This document shows positions 44,501 through 54,575 of a stretch of 64,000 nt of DNA, one piece after another. The translations under genes and the position numbers were made by a program. The stretch comes from an uncultured Nitrospinota bacterium (lineage in GTDB: Bacteria > Tectomicrobia > Entotheonellia > J063 > CAVPRW01). The notes beneath the pieces were generated by a model, which made no database searches, was not told where the DNA came from, and saw nothing but the letters and a program-made list of their open reading frames with translations. The stretch is from NCBI GenBank assembly GCA_963707985.1, contig CAVPRW010000031.1, positions 128,001-192,000 of the forward strand, written 5' to 3'. The first letter of the stretch is position 1; every line of letters begins with the position of its first letter.

Positions 44501-47435
44501 TGATGACATCTTTCGAGGCCACCCACGCTTCGGTTTTAACGCCCACCAGCCACTTCGTCGGCCAAAGTGGCACGCTGGTCGCCACCGTTTGAACCTCACC
44601 GTTGGGGTCGCGATAGGCCAGCTCCAGGATTAGGTCTGCTGGCTCTTCGAGCCTTGGCAGCTGCGTGATGCTTGCCCTGGCCATCCCTGTGGCATCCAGC
44701 ACCAGGTCAAGCCGCTGATGCACGCCACTGCTTCCGGTGATCGGCGTCGAGGTGACGGACGCCTCACCATCCTCATCGCTGCCAGAGCTATTGCCAGCAC
44801 CTTGGCGTATCACGCCCTCTTTGAGACGCCTGCCGGCAAAGACAAACCCTGCATAATCTGCCGGGAAGGACACACTTTTGGGTTGGATTTTGGCCCGCAG
44901 CGTGACAGGGAGATGGCCAGCTCCACCGCCAGCGAGATACTGCACGCCAATTTCCACTGGAAGTTCGGAGACCCCGATCTGCGGCTCGGATGCAGGCTGC
45001 AGGAAGCCCCGCAGTATAGGGACACGAAATTCTTCGACGCGAAATTCGCCGGAGATGCGCCCTTGGTCGAGGTCTGACTCCTCGGTCCCTTGCTCGGACG
45101 CCTGTCGCAGTAGCACGACCTGATAGCGCCCAAGCTTGGCACCCTTCGGAATGGCCCAGGTGCTTTCGGCCATGCCCCCCGCTTCCCAAGACAGCGGCAA
45201 TGTGTATTGCTCCTCGCTGCCAACATGGCGCATCGAGACGCGATTCGGGAGCTGTTCATCGGGTACCCTGGAGAACCCGCGCAGCGTCCGCTCCCGCAGG
45301 ATGTGTTTCATGTGCAGCGTATCCCCGGCGCGGAGAAGGGCGCGATCGAAAACTGTATGGGTGATGATGGCCTCACGATCATTCGTGAGCGGTAGTTGGA
45401 ATCTCCAGGGCTCGATGCCACGATCCCAGCTGCTATGTGCGAAGCTAAAGTCGTCGGCCAGTGTCGCGGTCACGAACAGTCCCCCATCAAGGCGGTTGAT
45501 GGCCAGCGTCTGCTGGGAGTCGTAGTGAGACAAGTTGGCTTCATAGGGACATGCAGCAAGCGCTCCCTGGGGTAGAAGCTTACCGACACGCGCGATCCCC
45601 TGGGCGTCTGTCGGTCCAGCCCAGAGCGTCTTCCCCCGACAATCATGCACCGCCACCTGAGCTGCTTGCACCGGGCGACCTTCATCCAACGTGGTCACCC
45701 AGATGAGGGAAGCCTCACCGCCCCATTTGAAGTGCACCGCAAGATTGGTGACCAAGACCGACGTGGGGACAAACATCGATTGCGGTTTGCCCAGCAGGGA
45801 AGCTCCCAACCGAGGACTCTCAATCTCGACAATATAAAGCCCTGGGGCTTCCAACGGGATGCCAACGACTTCGAGAGGTTTTGTCTCATGGGGTTTGGGC
45901 AGGACAAAACTTTTGACTGGGGAGGCTGTCTGTCGTGTTCCAAAGATCGAGCTGTCGCGTGCTGCCGTTGCTACGGCGCGAAGCCATACCAGGATGTCTC
46001 CCGGTTGCTCGGATGACAGGTGTAGATGTCTTCCGGAGAGCTGGTCTGAGGGATCTGTCGCGGATCCTGCCGTCTTATCTGCCACAGCGTCGGCCACGTG
46101 CAACAGTCTGGTGCGTACCTCCGGTTCCAAGTTGCGGAGTGTCACCGGCAGGGTGGGGTCAGCCTTCCACTCCACGATGCCGAATCGCGCCGCAAATTTG
46201 GCCAAGGGGGGAAATTCTGCCGTGTTGACTTGTAGAGGGAATCGGTTCGCGTTGGCGAGTGGTCGTCCTGATTCGTCGGTCAGGTCACTGGGGATCTCGA
46301 TCCGAAAGGTCGCTGCCTCAGGGAAAGGACCTTTAAAGTTGATGCCGCTGACGAACGGCGTGCCTTCGTCGTTCTGATCCAACGTAGGACTGCGGCGGCC
46401 TCCCTGCTCGCCGACCAGCATGATGCGTTGCGCCTGCTCCCAGGCCACAGACGCAGAAAACCGTAGGCTCATCGGTGTAATGGGGAGGCATGCGGCACGT
46501 CGGCTCTGTCGTTCACAACGGAATTCTGCCTGGAACGGCTGACGGACTTTGAAGGAGAGGACCTGATCTTGCTCATTGGCTACCCCGCTCTCAGCGGTGA
46601 CGCCCTTGCCCCAGATCAAGCGCACGTCTGCACGGCTCGGAAATGTCAGCCTGGCCTGCAGGACCAGGACGTGTTGATGCTCCGCCCATCCGTGAAGGGT
46701 CTGGAGAATCGCCTCACGGCCTGCACCGGTGATCAGCCGTACGCCAATCCGCTCCGGGACCCCCGTCACCGCGAATGCGGCGTGACGTAATACTGCCTCT
46801 TCTGTCGGCTGCGCATCAAGGCTGAGGACAAACGCTTGATCTTCGTCAATGGTTGAATCCTGAAGGGGGATGGACGTCAGGATCGATGGACCGCCGGTTG
46901 TAAAGGTGAAGATCGTCTGGCCGGTGACAATTGTCCCAGCCTGGGATACCAGGCCAGGGCGGAGCGTGAAACGACAGCGAACGCCGCCGGGAAGATCGCG
47001 CGCGAAGTCGTACACCCATGTGCGGCTATCAATCCAACGGCCTGTTCCTCCTTCAGGGCAGTCGATGATGAAGGGATCAACTGGGCTGCGTGGGTCGCCA
47101 ACAGCCACCATCGATTCGGAGAACGTGGCACTGGCTTGACGTATGCGCTTGACCGTACCTATAGGAGCAAACTTATTGACTTGCGGATTGGGATAGGACT
47201 CGCCAGCCTCCAATACGGGGGTGACCAGTGCAACCAGCAGCAGCAGACTGAACTTCAGGCAATGCGAGCAAGGGCGCCAACTCCGAATCAGATGGACACA
47301 TTGCCTACCTACCTGTCGCGAGCTAAGCATAGTAGGCGTCCTTTGCCTAAGGGTGGACACAGATCGACTTGCATGATTAGGAGGTTGTTCTACTCCATGA
47401 AGTCGTGTGCAGTCAAGAAGACCCGAAAGAACCAC
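41520..47435 (-). CDS. Bacterial alpha-2-macroglobulin
   Basis: ~1900 aa; FRVEEFR, AVDEG.L, YPYSCLEQ thioester motif, VEALYAPE. True start probably downstream (e.g. ATG 47330). Confidence 0.93.
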   Translation of the reverse strand: MVLSGLLDCTRLHGVEQPPNHASRSVSTLRQRTPTMLSSRQVGRQCVHLIRSWRPCSHCLKFSLLLLVALVTPVLEAGESYPNPQVNKFAPIGTVKRIRQASATFSESMVAVGDPRSPVDPFIIDCPEGGTGRWIDSRTWVYDFARDLPGGVRCRFTLRPGLVSQAGTIVTGQTIFTFTTGGPSILTSIPLQDSTIDEDQAFVLSLDAQPTEEAVLRHAAFAVTGVPERIGVRLITGAGREAILQTLHGWAEHQHVLVLQARLTFPSRADVRLIWGKGVTAESGVANEQDQVLSFKVRQPFQAEFRCERQSRRAACLPITPMSLRFSASVAWEQAQRIMLVGEQGGRRSPTLDQNDEGTPFVSGINFKGPFPEAATFRIEIPSDLTDESGRPLANANRFPLQVNTAEFPPLAKFAARFGIVEWKADPTLPVTLRNLEPEVRTRLLHVADAVADKTAGSATDPSDQLSGRHLHLSSEQPGDILVWLRAVATAARDSSIFGTRQTASPVKSFVLPKPHETKPLEVVGIPLEAPGLYIVEIESPRLGASLLGKPQSMFVPTSVLVTNLAVHFKWGGEASLIWVTTLDEGRPVQAAQVAVHDCRGKTLWAGPTDAQGIARVGKLLPQGALAACPYEANLSHYDSQQTLAINRLDGGLFVTATLADDFSFAHSSWDRGIEPWRFQLPLTNDREAIITHTVFDRALLRAGDTLHMKHILRERTLRGFSRVPDEQLPNRVSMRHVGSEEQYTLPLSWEAGGMAESTWAIPKGAKLGRYQVVLLRQASEQGTEESDLDQGRISGEFRVEEFRVPILRGFLQPASEPQIGVSELPVEIGVQYLAGGGAGHLPVTLRAKIQPKSVSFPADYAGFVFAGRRLKEGVIRQGAGNSSGSDEDGEASVTSTPITGSSGVHQRLDLVLDATGMARASITQLPRLEEPADLILELAYRDPNGEVQTVATSVPLWPTKWLVGVKTEAWVASKDVITARVAVVDVHGQPVPNALVQLEVWQRKFYSYRKRLVGGFYAYEHVDETRQLGALCQGSTNSQGLMLCEAKPPADGNLIVQASLLSNGGLVAVAHQDVWVPGTRQWWFDVQDHDRIDLIPERHQYEPGEMARFQVRMPFREATALITTEREGVLDGFVVPLSGQEPVIEVPVQEDFAPNMFISVLAVRGRISGVQPTAMVDLGRPSFKLGIAEIRVGWRKHELMVKVTADRTTYRVRDKVLVRVTVRTADGQLPPAGSEVAVAAVDEGLLELLPNKSWNLLEAMMGRRGYGVQTATAQMQVVGKRHYGLKALPQGGGGGKQPTRELFDTLLSWNGRVPLDANGEVSLEIPLNDSLTSFRLVAVATGGHDLFGTGSTSIRSTQDLMLLSGIAPLVREGDQFRAEFTLRNTTEQAMEVQVQGRVDGFPDPLMARALSLGSSQSQVIGWDMIAPTGVRTLRYEVEATASGGATDHIRVVQQVYPVVPIRTIQATLSQWQHEIKQPIQRPADALPSGGGVQLLIRPSLIEGMGVMRDWMRRYPYSCLEQQISRAVALRDQGQWEQIAAILPSHLDPDGLLKYFPSMAQGSEVLTPYALSVIHETGWEIPAETRERMIQGLQRFVEGTIRRRPSVAAVDLPLRKLAAIEALSRHTTVNPQVLSSITIEPNLWPTSAVLDWWNVLHRVPGIHHQESQLLQAEQIVRSRLNLQGRSLGFSSENSEGLWWLMTSADTNAVRLVLLLLEQHLWQEDLPRLLNGTLARQQRGTWDLTVANAWGALAIEKFSQAFEHVPIGGTTTAALDGAVREVTWAQSPQGDTFAFPWPGAGTTLTVDHAGAGHPWVTLEATAAIPLKAPLASGYRLRKSLIPVDTSASGRFSRGDIVRVRLEIEADRDMTWVVVNDPIPAGASHLGTGLGTDSHLAVQGEDSQARSRAAFEERAFDGFRAYYEFVPKGDLTVEYTVRLNQSGRFHLPSTRVEALYAPEMFGELPNDMVEVRP

Positions 47436-47718
47436 TCTTCCCGCACCGGCTGATCGGTATCAACACGCTAGATATCAGTGGAATTATTGAGTGTCAAACG
47501 TGTGCGGGGCGGGGGTAGTCTATGCCAGCCTAGGGCAAAAGGGTGGGGGATCGGCGTTCGTCCTGGGGAATTTTTTTTCGCCTGGGCAAATTCGCCTCCC
47601 CCCTTTTGGTGCGCGGTTGGAGCTGGTGGGCATGGGGCACGGATATTGCGGATGATGTTCTGGGCATACTTGCATGTCTTCCTGTCCGCCTTCATCGCTC
47701 GCCTTGATCTCGCGCTGA

Positions 47719-48030
47719 TTAAAGAATCAAGGGATTCTTGAGGCGTCCGAGCTGTTTCCGATGGCTCTTGAGGATGCGATTCGCCTGTAACAGGCGCTTA
47801 TGGAGGTGCCACAAACTGGAAGTTGCTTCGTCCAGCACACGCATCTGCACGGCTACCTTATCCTCGTAGGCCAGGGCCTCATAGGAATCCAGTACTGTCC
47901 AGGTGTTGACGAGCTGTGTAAACAGCCGTTGCCCCCACTCCAGGGTCATGCGCTGCCCCACAAGTTCGGCTTGAATGGCCTCCCCTGCTGCAAGTTCATC
48001 GATTGCCTCCGCAGACGTGAGATCTTTCAT
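47719..48030 (-). CDS. Hypothetical helical protein
   Basis: 103-aa ORF with SD AAGGAGG. Confidence 0.6.
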   Translation of the reverse strand: MKDLTSAEAIDELAAGEAIQAELVGQRMTLEWGQRLFTQLVNTWTVLDSYEALAYEDKVAVQMRVLDEATSSLWHLHKRLLQANRILKSHRKQLGRLKNPLIL

Positions 48031-48371
48031 GAGTGGTACCCTCCTTTACCATTTTTTGCATAAATGATGACTGGTGTGATGGGGCATCGCTCGCGTATGC
48101 ATCTGTGCAGCTAGGAACCCACACACAATTCTCTACAGCAAAAACCTTGCCAGTAGAGGATAGAGTGGCCGAGCCGCAGCGACGCCAGCTCCGCACTTGC
48201 AGGCAGAGAAGGTGGGGGGTGGGCGCGATTTGTCATATAACGGGCTGCTTCAAAAGGGTCGTGGAGGTGAGGCGCTTCCGGGGGCACAGCGCGAGCCGAA
48301 GTTTATCAAGTCCTACCAAAAGCGACCACATCGACTCGCACTGTCTCTGAGATGCGCTACAGTGTGGCTCT

Positions 48372-49058
48372 TTACCAGTATCGTACAGGACCAACGTCTA
48401 CATGCACGAAATTGGAGCGCGGATAATAGCCGACGCCTCCCATGTGTAGATCCACGGCGACACGCCTCACCGCATCGCAGGCCCATCCGGGCATGCGAAG
48501 ATCGATGGCCTTACCGTCCATGTGCAGGCTATGTTCGGCAACGCGCCGACTCATGAAGCGAAGAAACGCATTGGTGGTGGGGGAACGATACGCGGAAATA
48601 ACGTCGAATGGGTGAGAGCATTCTAACTCTCCGCTGATGGCGTGGATGAGGTCCAATAACTGTGGATCGATCGGCTTGATTTCATCAGTGCGGTGGTCAC
48701 GGAGGACGCGGTCGACAGCAGACATTGCTTCGGGGAGATATTGTCCTCGGAACCAGTAAACAGCATTAATACTTTCACCGGTATGGGTATTGTAGAGGGC
48801 GACGGTTTTTTCGGGCGGATTGATCGCTGGCTGAAAGAAACTTCTCCTGGGCCAGGTCTCGGGGGATTTGAATTCTTGGAGAGGCGTTCGTGGGGGTTGA
48901 AAGATACTTCTTCTTGCAGCGGCTGGCTGTGGGATGAGGCTCATTCCTGCGGCGAGGACTCCCCACCCGAGGAAGCGTCGGCGGCTGAGTCTGTGATCAG
49001 CCAGCGACGCTTCGCCCATTGCCAATAGCTTCATAGACTCTCCCCTTGATTGTGACAC
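48372..49058 (-). CDS. YcbK/DUF882 (MepK-like M15 peptidase) with Tat signal
   Basis: SRRRFLG, N.HTGE, LRDHR, ISAYRSP.TN, SLHM.GKAID, FVHVDVGPVR.W. Confidence 0.9.
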   Translation of the reverse strand: MSQSRGESMKLLAMGEASLADHRLSRRRFLGWGVLAAGMSLIPQPAAARRSIFQPPRTPLQEFKSPETWPRRSFFQPAINPPEKTVALYNTHTGESINAVYWFRGQYLPEAMSAVDRVLRDHRTDEIKPIDPQLLDLIHAISGELECSHPFDVISAYRSPTTNAFLRFMSRRVAEHSLHMDGKAIDLRMPGWACDAVRRVAVDLHMGGVGYYPRSNFVHVDVGPVRYW

Positions 49059-49373
49059 ATGAACAATCGGTAGTCGACAAACAGCCTACACGACTGATCT
49101 TTGAACGATCACCCCCTTCCGATTTATTGGTGTGGAAGGCTGTAAATTAGCGAGTTTCAGCCTCGCTGTCAACAGCTCATCGCGACAGGACGGGTCCCTA
49201 AGATGATCTGGTGGTTTGCAACTGGTGAGACCCTGTGCCTGGGTGTCACAGGCCAACGCGAACTCGACGACTTTCCGCTTGACAAGCTAGCTGGGGATCG
49301 CTAGGGTGGCAAAAGCGCTTGTGCAATAGGCGGTTTAGTTGCGAGCGATGTCAACCCTCAGAGGAAATTGAGG

Positions 49374-50102
49374 ATGGCCAAGACGGCTGGGATCGTGATC
49401 ATTGGCAACGAGATACTTTCAGGCAAAGTCCAGGATGCGAACGCCGCCTACCTCTTGGGTGAGTTGCGTCTACTGGGCGTAGATGTGAAGAAAGTCTCGG
49501 TGATCCCCGATGAGGTCGATGTCATCGCCCTGGAAGTAGCCACCTTCTCTCGCCAGTTCGATGTAGTGTTCACTTCCGGCGGCGTGGGGCCGACGCACGA
49601 CGATGTCACCATCGAGGGGATCGCCAAGGCCTTTGGGCATCGCGTCATTCGTCATCCTGAACTCGAACGCCTGCTGCGGAGTCGCTATGGCGGGGATCTA
49701 AACGAGGCCCGGTTGAAGCTCACTGAGGTTCCTGAGGGGGCAGTGCTCATCCTCGAAGATGGTCTCTGGCTTCCCGCGGTTGTCATGAGAAATGTCTATA
49801 TCTTCCCTGGGATTCCCGACCTGTTGCGACAGAAATTCGACTCGATCAAGGAACGCTTCCGCGACCAGCCATATTTTCTTCGTAAGGTGTACGTCAAGGA
49901 GGGTGAAGGCAACATTGCGGCCTTTCTCCATAACCTCCTCCGAGAGTTTCCCGAGCTCATGCTCGGCTCCTATCCTGATATCCACAATCCTTCCTACAAG
50001 GTGATGCTGACCCTGGAATCGAAAGATGAGGGATACCTACGAACAGCGCTGGAACGCCTCCTGACCATGCTCCCAGGAGAGTTCATCTATCAGACGCACT
50101 GA
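49374..50102 (+). CDS. CinA-like molybdopterin-binding domain protein
   Basis: IIGNEILSGKVQD.N, TSGGVGPTHDDVT, FPGIP, GSYP. Confidence 0.88.
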   Translation: MAKTAGIVIIGNEILSGKVQDANAAYLLGELRLLGVDVKKVSVIPDEVDVIALEVATFSRQFDVVFTSGGVGPTHDDVTIEGIAKAFGHRVIRHPELERLLRSRYGGDLNEARLKLTEVPEGAVLILEDGLWLPAVVMRNVYIFPGIPDLLRQKFDSIKERFRDQPYFLRKVYVKEGEGNIAAFLHNLLREFPELMLGSYPDIHNPSYKVMLTLESKDEGYLRTALERLLTMLPGEFIYQTH

Positions 50103-50165
50103 GATGAATGCGCAGTCACTCTAGCGTACAAAGGCACTGGGGAATGTTCAACCGTGAAGCACAAC

Positions 50166-51254
50166 CTAGTCATCGAAGAGGGCTTCGATGAACGCGGTGG
50201 GGTCGAAAGGTTGGAGATCGGGGAGCTTTTCACCGACCCCGATGAGTTTCACTGGAATTTTTAGTTCATTGACGATGCTGACGACGATGCCTCCCTTGGC
50301 GGTACCATCGAGCTTGGTCATGACCAGCCCTGTCAGGCCAAGTGTCTCATGAAATTGCTTGGCTTGTGCCACCCCGTTCTGGCCGACGGTGGCATCGAGG
50401 ACAAGGAGGGTCTCATGCGGAGCCCCTTCGTGCTCGCGAGCCAGCACCCGCTGAATCTTTTTACACTCTTCCATGAGATTCACTTTGGTGTGGAGGCGAC
50501 CCGCCGTATCTACGATCACCACATCGACATGGCGTGCTTTGGCAGCCTGAATGGTGTCATAAACGACGGCTGCCGGATCGGCACCCGCACCATGCTTGAT
50601 CACTTCCACGCCGACGCGATCGGCCCATTCCTGCAGCTGCTCGATCGCCGCTGCGCGAAAAGTGTCTGCCGCGGCTAACAAGACCTTTTTCCCTTGGTGT
50701 TTCAACTGGTACGCTAGTTTGGCGATGGTCGTCGTCTTGCCAACTCCATTCACTCCCACCAGCAGGATGACTGCCGGGGGTTGTGCCACTTCAGTGCATA
50801 GTTCCTCGGCGCTGACATGCAAGATATCCAGGAGGCACTGCTTCAGATGGGCTCGAATCTCTATCGGCTGGCGCAGGCGTTGCTCTGCCACCGACTGCTG
50901 AAGTTCCTGCATAATGCGCATGGTCGTTTGCACACCGAGATCGCTACTGATCAGAACCTCTTCCAATTCCTCAAAGAGATCTGCATCAATTACTTGCCTG
51001 CCGCTGAGCAGCCGATCGATTTTGCGCAGCAATCCTTGACGCGTTTTTGTTAAGCGTTCTTTCAGGAAACGCAGAAAGCCCTGCCGAGGGCTGGACGTTT
51101 CTGGGGCCAATTCTCCGACCACTACATCCGCCAATTCCTCCTCTGGAACTTCTGCATCATCCTCAGCGATAGGCGGCGGCTCGGTCGTTGCAACTTGGGT
51201 AGGAGCATCATCCGATGGCGTCGGTTGCTTACGTTCCCAAAATTTCCAACGCAC
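50166..51254 (-). CDS. ftsY: Signal recognition particle receptor
   Basis: GVNGVGKTTT, DTFRAAA, DTAGR, TKLDGTAKGG. Confidence 0.97.
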   Translation of the reverse strand: MRWKFWERKQPTPSDDAPTQVATTEPPPIAEDDAEVPEEELADVVVGELAPETSSPRQGFLRFLKERLTKTRQGLLRKIDRLLSGRQVIDADLFEELEEVLISSDLGVQTTMRIMQELQQSVAEQRLRQPIEIRAHLKQCLLDILHVSAEELCTEVAQPPAVILLVGVNGVGKTTTIAKLAYQLKHQGKKVLLAAADTFRAAAIEQLQEWADRVGVEVIKHGAGADPAAVVYDTIQAAKARHVDVVIVDTAGRLHTKVNLMEECKKIQRVLAREHEGAPHETLLVLDATVGQNGVAQAKQFHETLGLTGLVMTKLDGTAKGGIVVSIVNELKIPVKLIGVGEKLPDLQPFDPTAFIEALFDD

Positions 51255-51285
51255 GACTTGAATCCTTTATATGTAGAACGGTTAG

Positions 51286-52062
51286 TTATTGCGGGTGAGC
51301 ATTCAGGCCGTTTTCAGGATAGCTCAAAGAACCGCTGTCAGGGTTCGTCAGGAGCTCCGTAGTCCTGAACGCTGCGAGCACGTTGCGAGCCGCATCTTGT
51401 TCGGCCTCTTTCTTGCTCTTGCCCGTTCCTAACCCATGGATTTGGCGACGGATAGCGAGTTCGACCTCGAAGACTTTTTCATGGTCTGGACCGCGCTCTC
51501 GGACGACAGTGTATGTCGGAACGCAGCCAAATTTGTCCTGAGTATACTCTTGAAGTTCGCTCTTGAAGTCCCGATAACCCTCATGCAGGACGGTGTTCAG
51601 GTCCTCCTGAAAACACTGTAGAATCACCTGGGACACATCTCCCAGCGAGCTATCAAGATAAACGGCCGCCAGCACCGCTTCAAAGGTATCAGCCAGGAGA
51701 GAGGCCTTGGCACGGCCACCGGTAAGTTCCTCCCCGCGTCCGATGAGGAGGTAGGAGCCTAGTTCAAGGCGCCTTGCAATCCTTGCCAGGTTCCCGTCGT
51801 TCACCAGAGATGCCCGTAGCTTCGAGAGTTCGCCTTCGGCAAGATTGGCGAACTGCCTGTAGCAATAATCGCTAATCACCAATCCAAGGACCGCATCGCC
51901 GAGAAACTCGAGGCGCTCATTGTGCTGGACAGCCTCGCGTTGTTCATGCACATATGACTTATGTGTTAGAGCTTGGTTCAAGAGCTCTAGGCGGTGAAAT
52001 CGATAATGTAATGACCGCTCAAGCTCCACAAGCTGCTCTTTGCGTGCCTCTACCGGCAGCAT
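51286..52062 (-). CDS. rnc: Ribonuclease III
   Basis: NERLEFLGDAVL; dsRBD DFKSELQE...GKSKKEAEQ. Confidence 0.97.
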   Translation of the reverse strand: MLPVEARKEQLVELERSLHYRFHRLELLNQALTHKSYVHEQREAVQHNERLEFLGDAVLGLVISDYCYRQFANLAEGELSKLRASLVNDGNLARIARRLELGSYLLIGRGEELTGGRAKASLLADTFEAVLAAVYLDSSLGDVSQVILQCFQEDLNTVLHEGYRDFKSELQEYTQDKFGCVPTYTVVRERGPDHEKVFEVELAIRRQIHGLGTGKSKKEAEQDAARNVLAAFRTTELLTNPDSGSLSYPENGLNAHPQ

Positions 52063-52112
52063 GTCCCCTCAAGTCTTAGTCGGTCTCGACAACCGCCACG
52101 AACAATCTCTGG

Positions 52113-53363
52113 TTAGGCGATATATTTCTTTAAGATAATGCACGCATTCGTCCCGCCGAATCCGAAGGAATTCGAGAGCACATTTTCTATATCGATGTGC
52201 TTAGCATGATTTGGAACGTAATCTAGATCGCATTCGGGGTCGGGATATTCATAGTTGATGGTCGGGGGAATAATGCCCTCTGTGAGGGCCAACGCACAGA
52301 GGGCCGCCTCAACCCCTCCTGCGGCACCAAGGAGATGTCCGGTCATCGATTTGGTTGAGCTTACCGCTAATCGGTGGGCATGCTCGCCAAACACATGCCT
52401 GATCGCACTGGTTTCATGTTTATCATTATAGGGAGTCGAGGTACCATGGGCATTGATGTAGTCGATGGCTTCCGGAGCGATACCTGCATCCCGTAATGCC
52501 ATGCGCATACAGTTGATCACGCCACGTCCTTCGGGATCTGGAGCGGTCATGTGGTAGGCATCTGCGGTCATTCCATAGCCGATGACTTCGGCGTAGATCT
52601 TTGCCTTTCGCGCCAAGGCGACTTGCAACTCTTCAAGGACGACGATCCCCGCGCCTTCTGCGATCACAAAGCCATCACGCTCGATATCGAACGGACGACT
52701 GGCTTTCTGCGGAGTGTCATTGCGGCTCGAAAGCGCCTTCATGTTTGCAAAGCCAGCGATGGTCAGTGGAGTGATGGCCGATTCACTTCCGCCTGCGATC
52801 ATGGCATCGGCATCGCCGCGTTGAATGATCTTGAAAGAATCGCCGATGGCATGCGTTCCGGCAGCGCAGGCAGTGGTCACACAAGAGTTCGGGCCGCGGG
52901 CACCAAAGCGCATGGAGATTTGGCCCGCCGCCAAATTCGTAATCAGCATGGGGATAAAGAAGGGGCTGATGCGGCGCTGACCGTTTTGCAGGAGGATTGA
53001 ATGGTAACGTTCAATGGTTTGAATGCCGCCAATACCTGCCCCTACGATCACGCCGACGCGATCGGCATTGGCCTCGGTGATCCTCATCCCAGCGTCCTCG
53101 ATGGCCATGGACCCTGCACTCAAGGCGTATTGGATGAAGACATCCATCTTCTTGATTTCCTTGCGCTCGATGAAATCCTCTGGGTTGAAGTCCTTGACTT
53201 CACCCGCGATCTGCACAGGGAAATCCGTGGTATCGAAGGTGGTGATCCGATCAATTCCCGAAGCACCTTTGCAAATCCCTTCCCAGGTCTTCTGAATGCC
53301 GGTGCCGAGTGGTGTAATGAGCCCCAGGCCGGTGACAACCACCCGCCGTTTCATCCCCTCCAT
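52113..53363 (-). CDS. fabF: 3-oxoacyl-ACP synthase II
   Basis: [33 protein letters not shown]. Confidence 0.97.
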   Translation of the reverse strand: MEGMKRRVVVTGLGLITPLGTGIQKTWEGICKGASGIDRITTFDTTDFPVQIAGEVKDFNPEDFIERKEIKKMDVFIQYALSAGSMAIEDAGMRITEANADRVGVIVGAGIGGIQTIERYHSILLQNGQRRISPFFIPMLITNLAAGQISMRFGARGPNSCVTTACAAGTHAIGDSFKIIQRGDADAMIAGGSESAITPLTIAGFANMKALSSRNDTPQKASRPFDIERDGFVIAEGAGIVVLEELQVALARKAKIYAEVIGYGMTADAYHMTAPDPEGRGVINCMRMALRDAGIAPEAIDYINAHGTSTPYNDKHETSAIRHVFGEHAHRLAVSSTKSMTGHLLGAAGGVEAALCALALTEGIIPPTINYEYPDPECDLDYVPNHAKHIDIENVLSNSFGFGGTNACIILKKYIA

Positions 53364-53564
53364 ACGCCTATCCTTTCCTGCGTGGGTCCGCGTTTTTGGC
53401 TACTGCCTCGACTGTGAGCTGCACGACACCTGAATCACTACTGACACTACCCCTCCAACACGCAAAGACCTGCAGTGAAGTCAGCCTCAGAATCCCTGGG
53501 GGGAATTGTGTAGCTTTGTTGGCTGCGCTGACACCTCTATCGTTGTCATCCATAGTGCAGGAGG

Positions 53565-53807
53565 TTACACCTCCTTCACGTTTGCCTTGATGTAATCGAT
53601 CGCATCCTGGACCGTGCTAATCCCCTCCGCATCCTCGTCGGGGATCTCGATATTAAATTCCTCTTCAAAGGCCATGACGAGTTCGACCGTATCCAGGGAA
53701 TCAGCCCCGAGATCGTCGATAAACGATGCCTCCGGAGAGACTTCGTCCTCCTCGACACCTAATTGTTCCACAATGATATCCTTCACCCGCTGTTCGATCG
53801 ATGCCAC
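53565..53807 (-). CDS. acpP: Acyl carrier protein
   Basis: [20 protein letters not shown]. Confidence 0.97.
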   Translation of the reverse strand: MASIEQRVKDIIVEQLGVEEDEVSPEASFIDDLGADSLDTVELVMAFEEEFNIEIPDEDAEGISTVQDAIDYIKANVKEV

Positions 53808-53822
53808 CGCGAACGACCTCCC

Positions 53823-54566
53823 TTACATCGACAGCCCACCGTTGACCTGGATGACTTGGCCAGTAATATAGCTTGCACATGACGAAACCAGAAAGCCGAC
53901 GCAATCGGCCACGTCCTGGGGCGTTCCCCATCGGCCAAGAGGGATCTGCCGGACAAGGTCTGCCTTGGCCTGTGCTGATAGCCCCTGGGTCATCTCAGTC
54001 TCGATAAACCCGGGGGCGACGGCATTGACGGTGATTCCACGACTAGCAACTTCTCGGGCCAGAGATTTGGTCAAGCCAATCGCACCGGCTTTGGCCGCGG
54101 CATAATTGACCTGTCCTGCGTTGCCAATTATCCCGACGATGGAAGTAATATTGATAATTCGCCCATGGCGCTGCCGGATCATCGGGCGAATCGCCGCCTT
54201 CGAACAGTGATACATGCCTGAGAGATTGACCTGTAAGACCTGCTGCCAATCCTCCTCTTTCATGCGAAGCACGAGGCCATCACGCGTGACGCCTGCGTTG
54301 TTGACGAGGATATCAATCCGGCCACGCTCGTCAAGGATCGCCTCAAAGGCCTGCGCCGTTCCCTGTGCATCGGCCACATCGAAACGGCAAAGAGTCGCCG
54401 CCCCTCCAGCCATTGCGATATGGTAGCGTGTTTCTTCTGCCGCTGCTTGATTCGTAACGTAATTGATGATCACATGTGCCCGCATGACCGCAAGTTCATG
54501 GGCGATGGCACGACCGATCCCCCGCGACCCGCCAGTTACTACGGCAATCTGGCCTGCCAGCTCCAT
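53823..54566 (-). CDS. fabG: 3-oxoacyl-ACP reductase
   Basis: TGGSRGIG, NNAG.TRD, GQ.NYAAAK; operon context. Confidence 0.96.
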   Translation of the reverse strand: MELAGQIAVVTGGSRGIGRAIAHELAVMRAHVIINYVTNQAAAEETRYHIAMAGGAATLCRFDVADAQGTAQAFEAILDERGRIDILVNNAGVTRDGLVLRMKEEDWQQVLQVNLSGMYHCSKAAIRPMIRQRHGRIINITSIVGIIGNAGQVNYAAAKAGAIGLTKSLAREVASRGITVNAVAPGFIETEMTQGLSAQAKADLVRQIPLGRWGTPQDVADCVGFLVSSCASYITGQVIQVNGGLSM

Positions 54567-54575
54567 GGCCTACCC

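Noticed and set aside
47468..47695. 75-aa ORF upstream of A2M
   Set aside because: Weak SD and low-complexity sequence crossing homopolymer tracts; probably non-coding.
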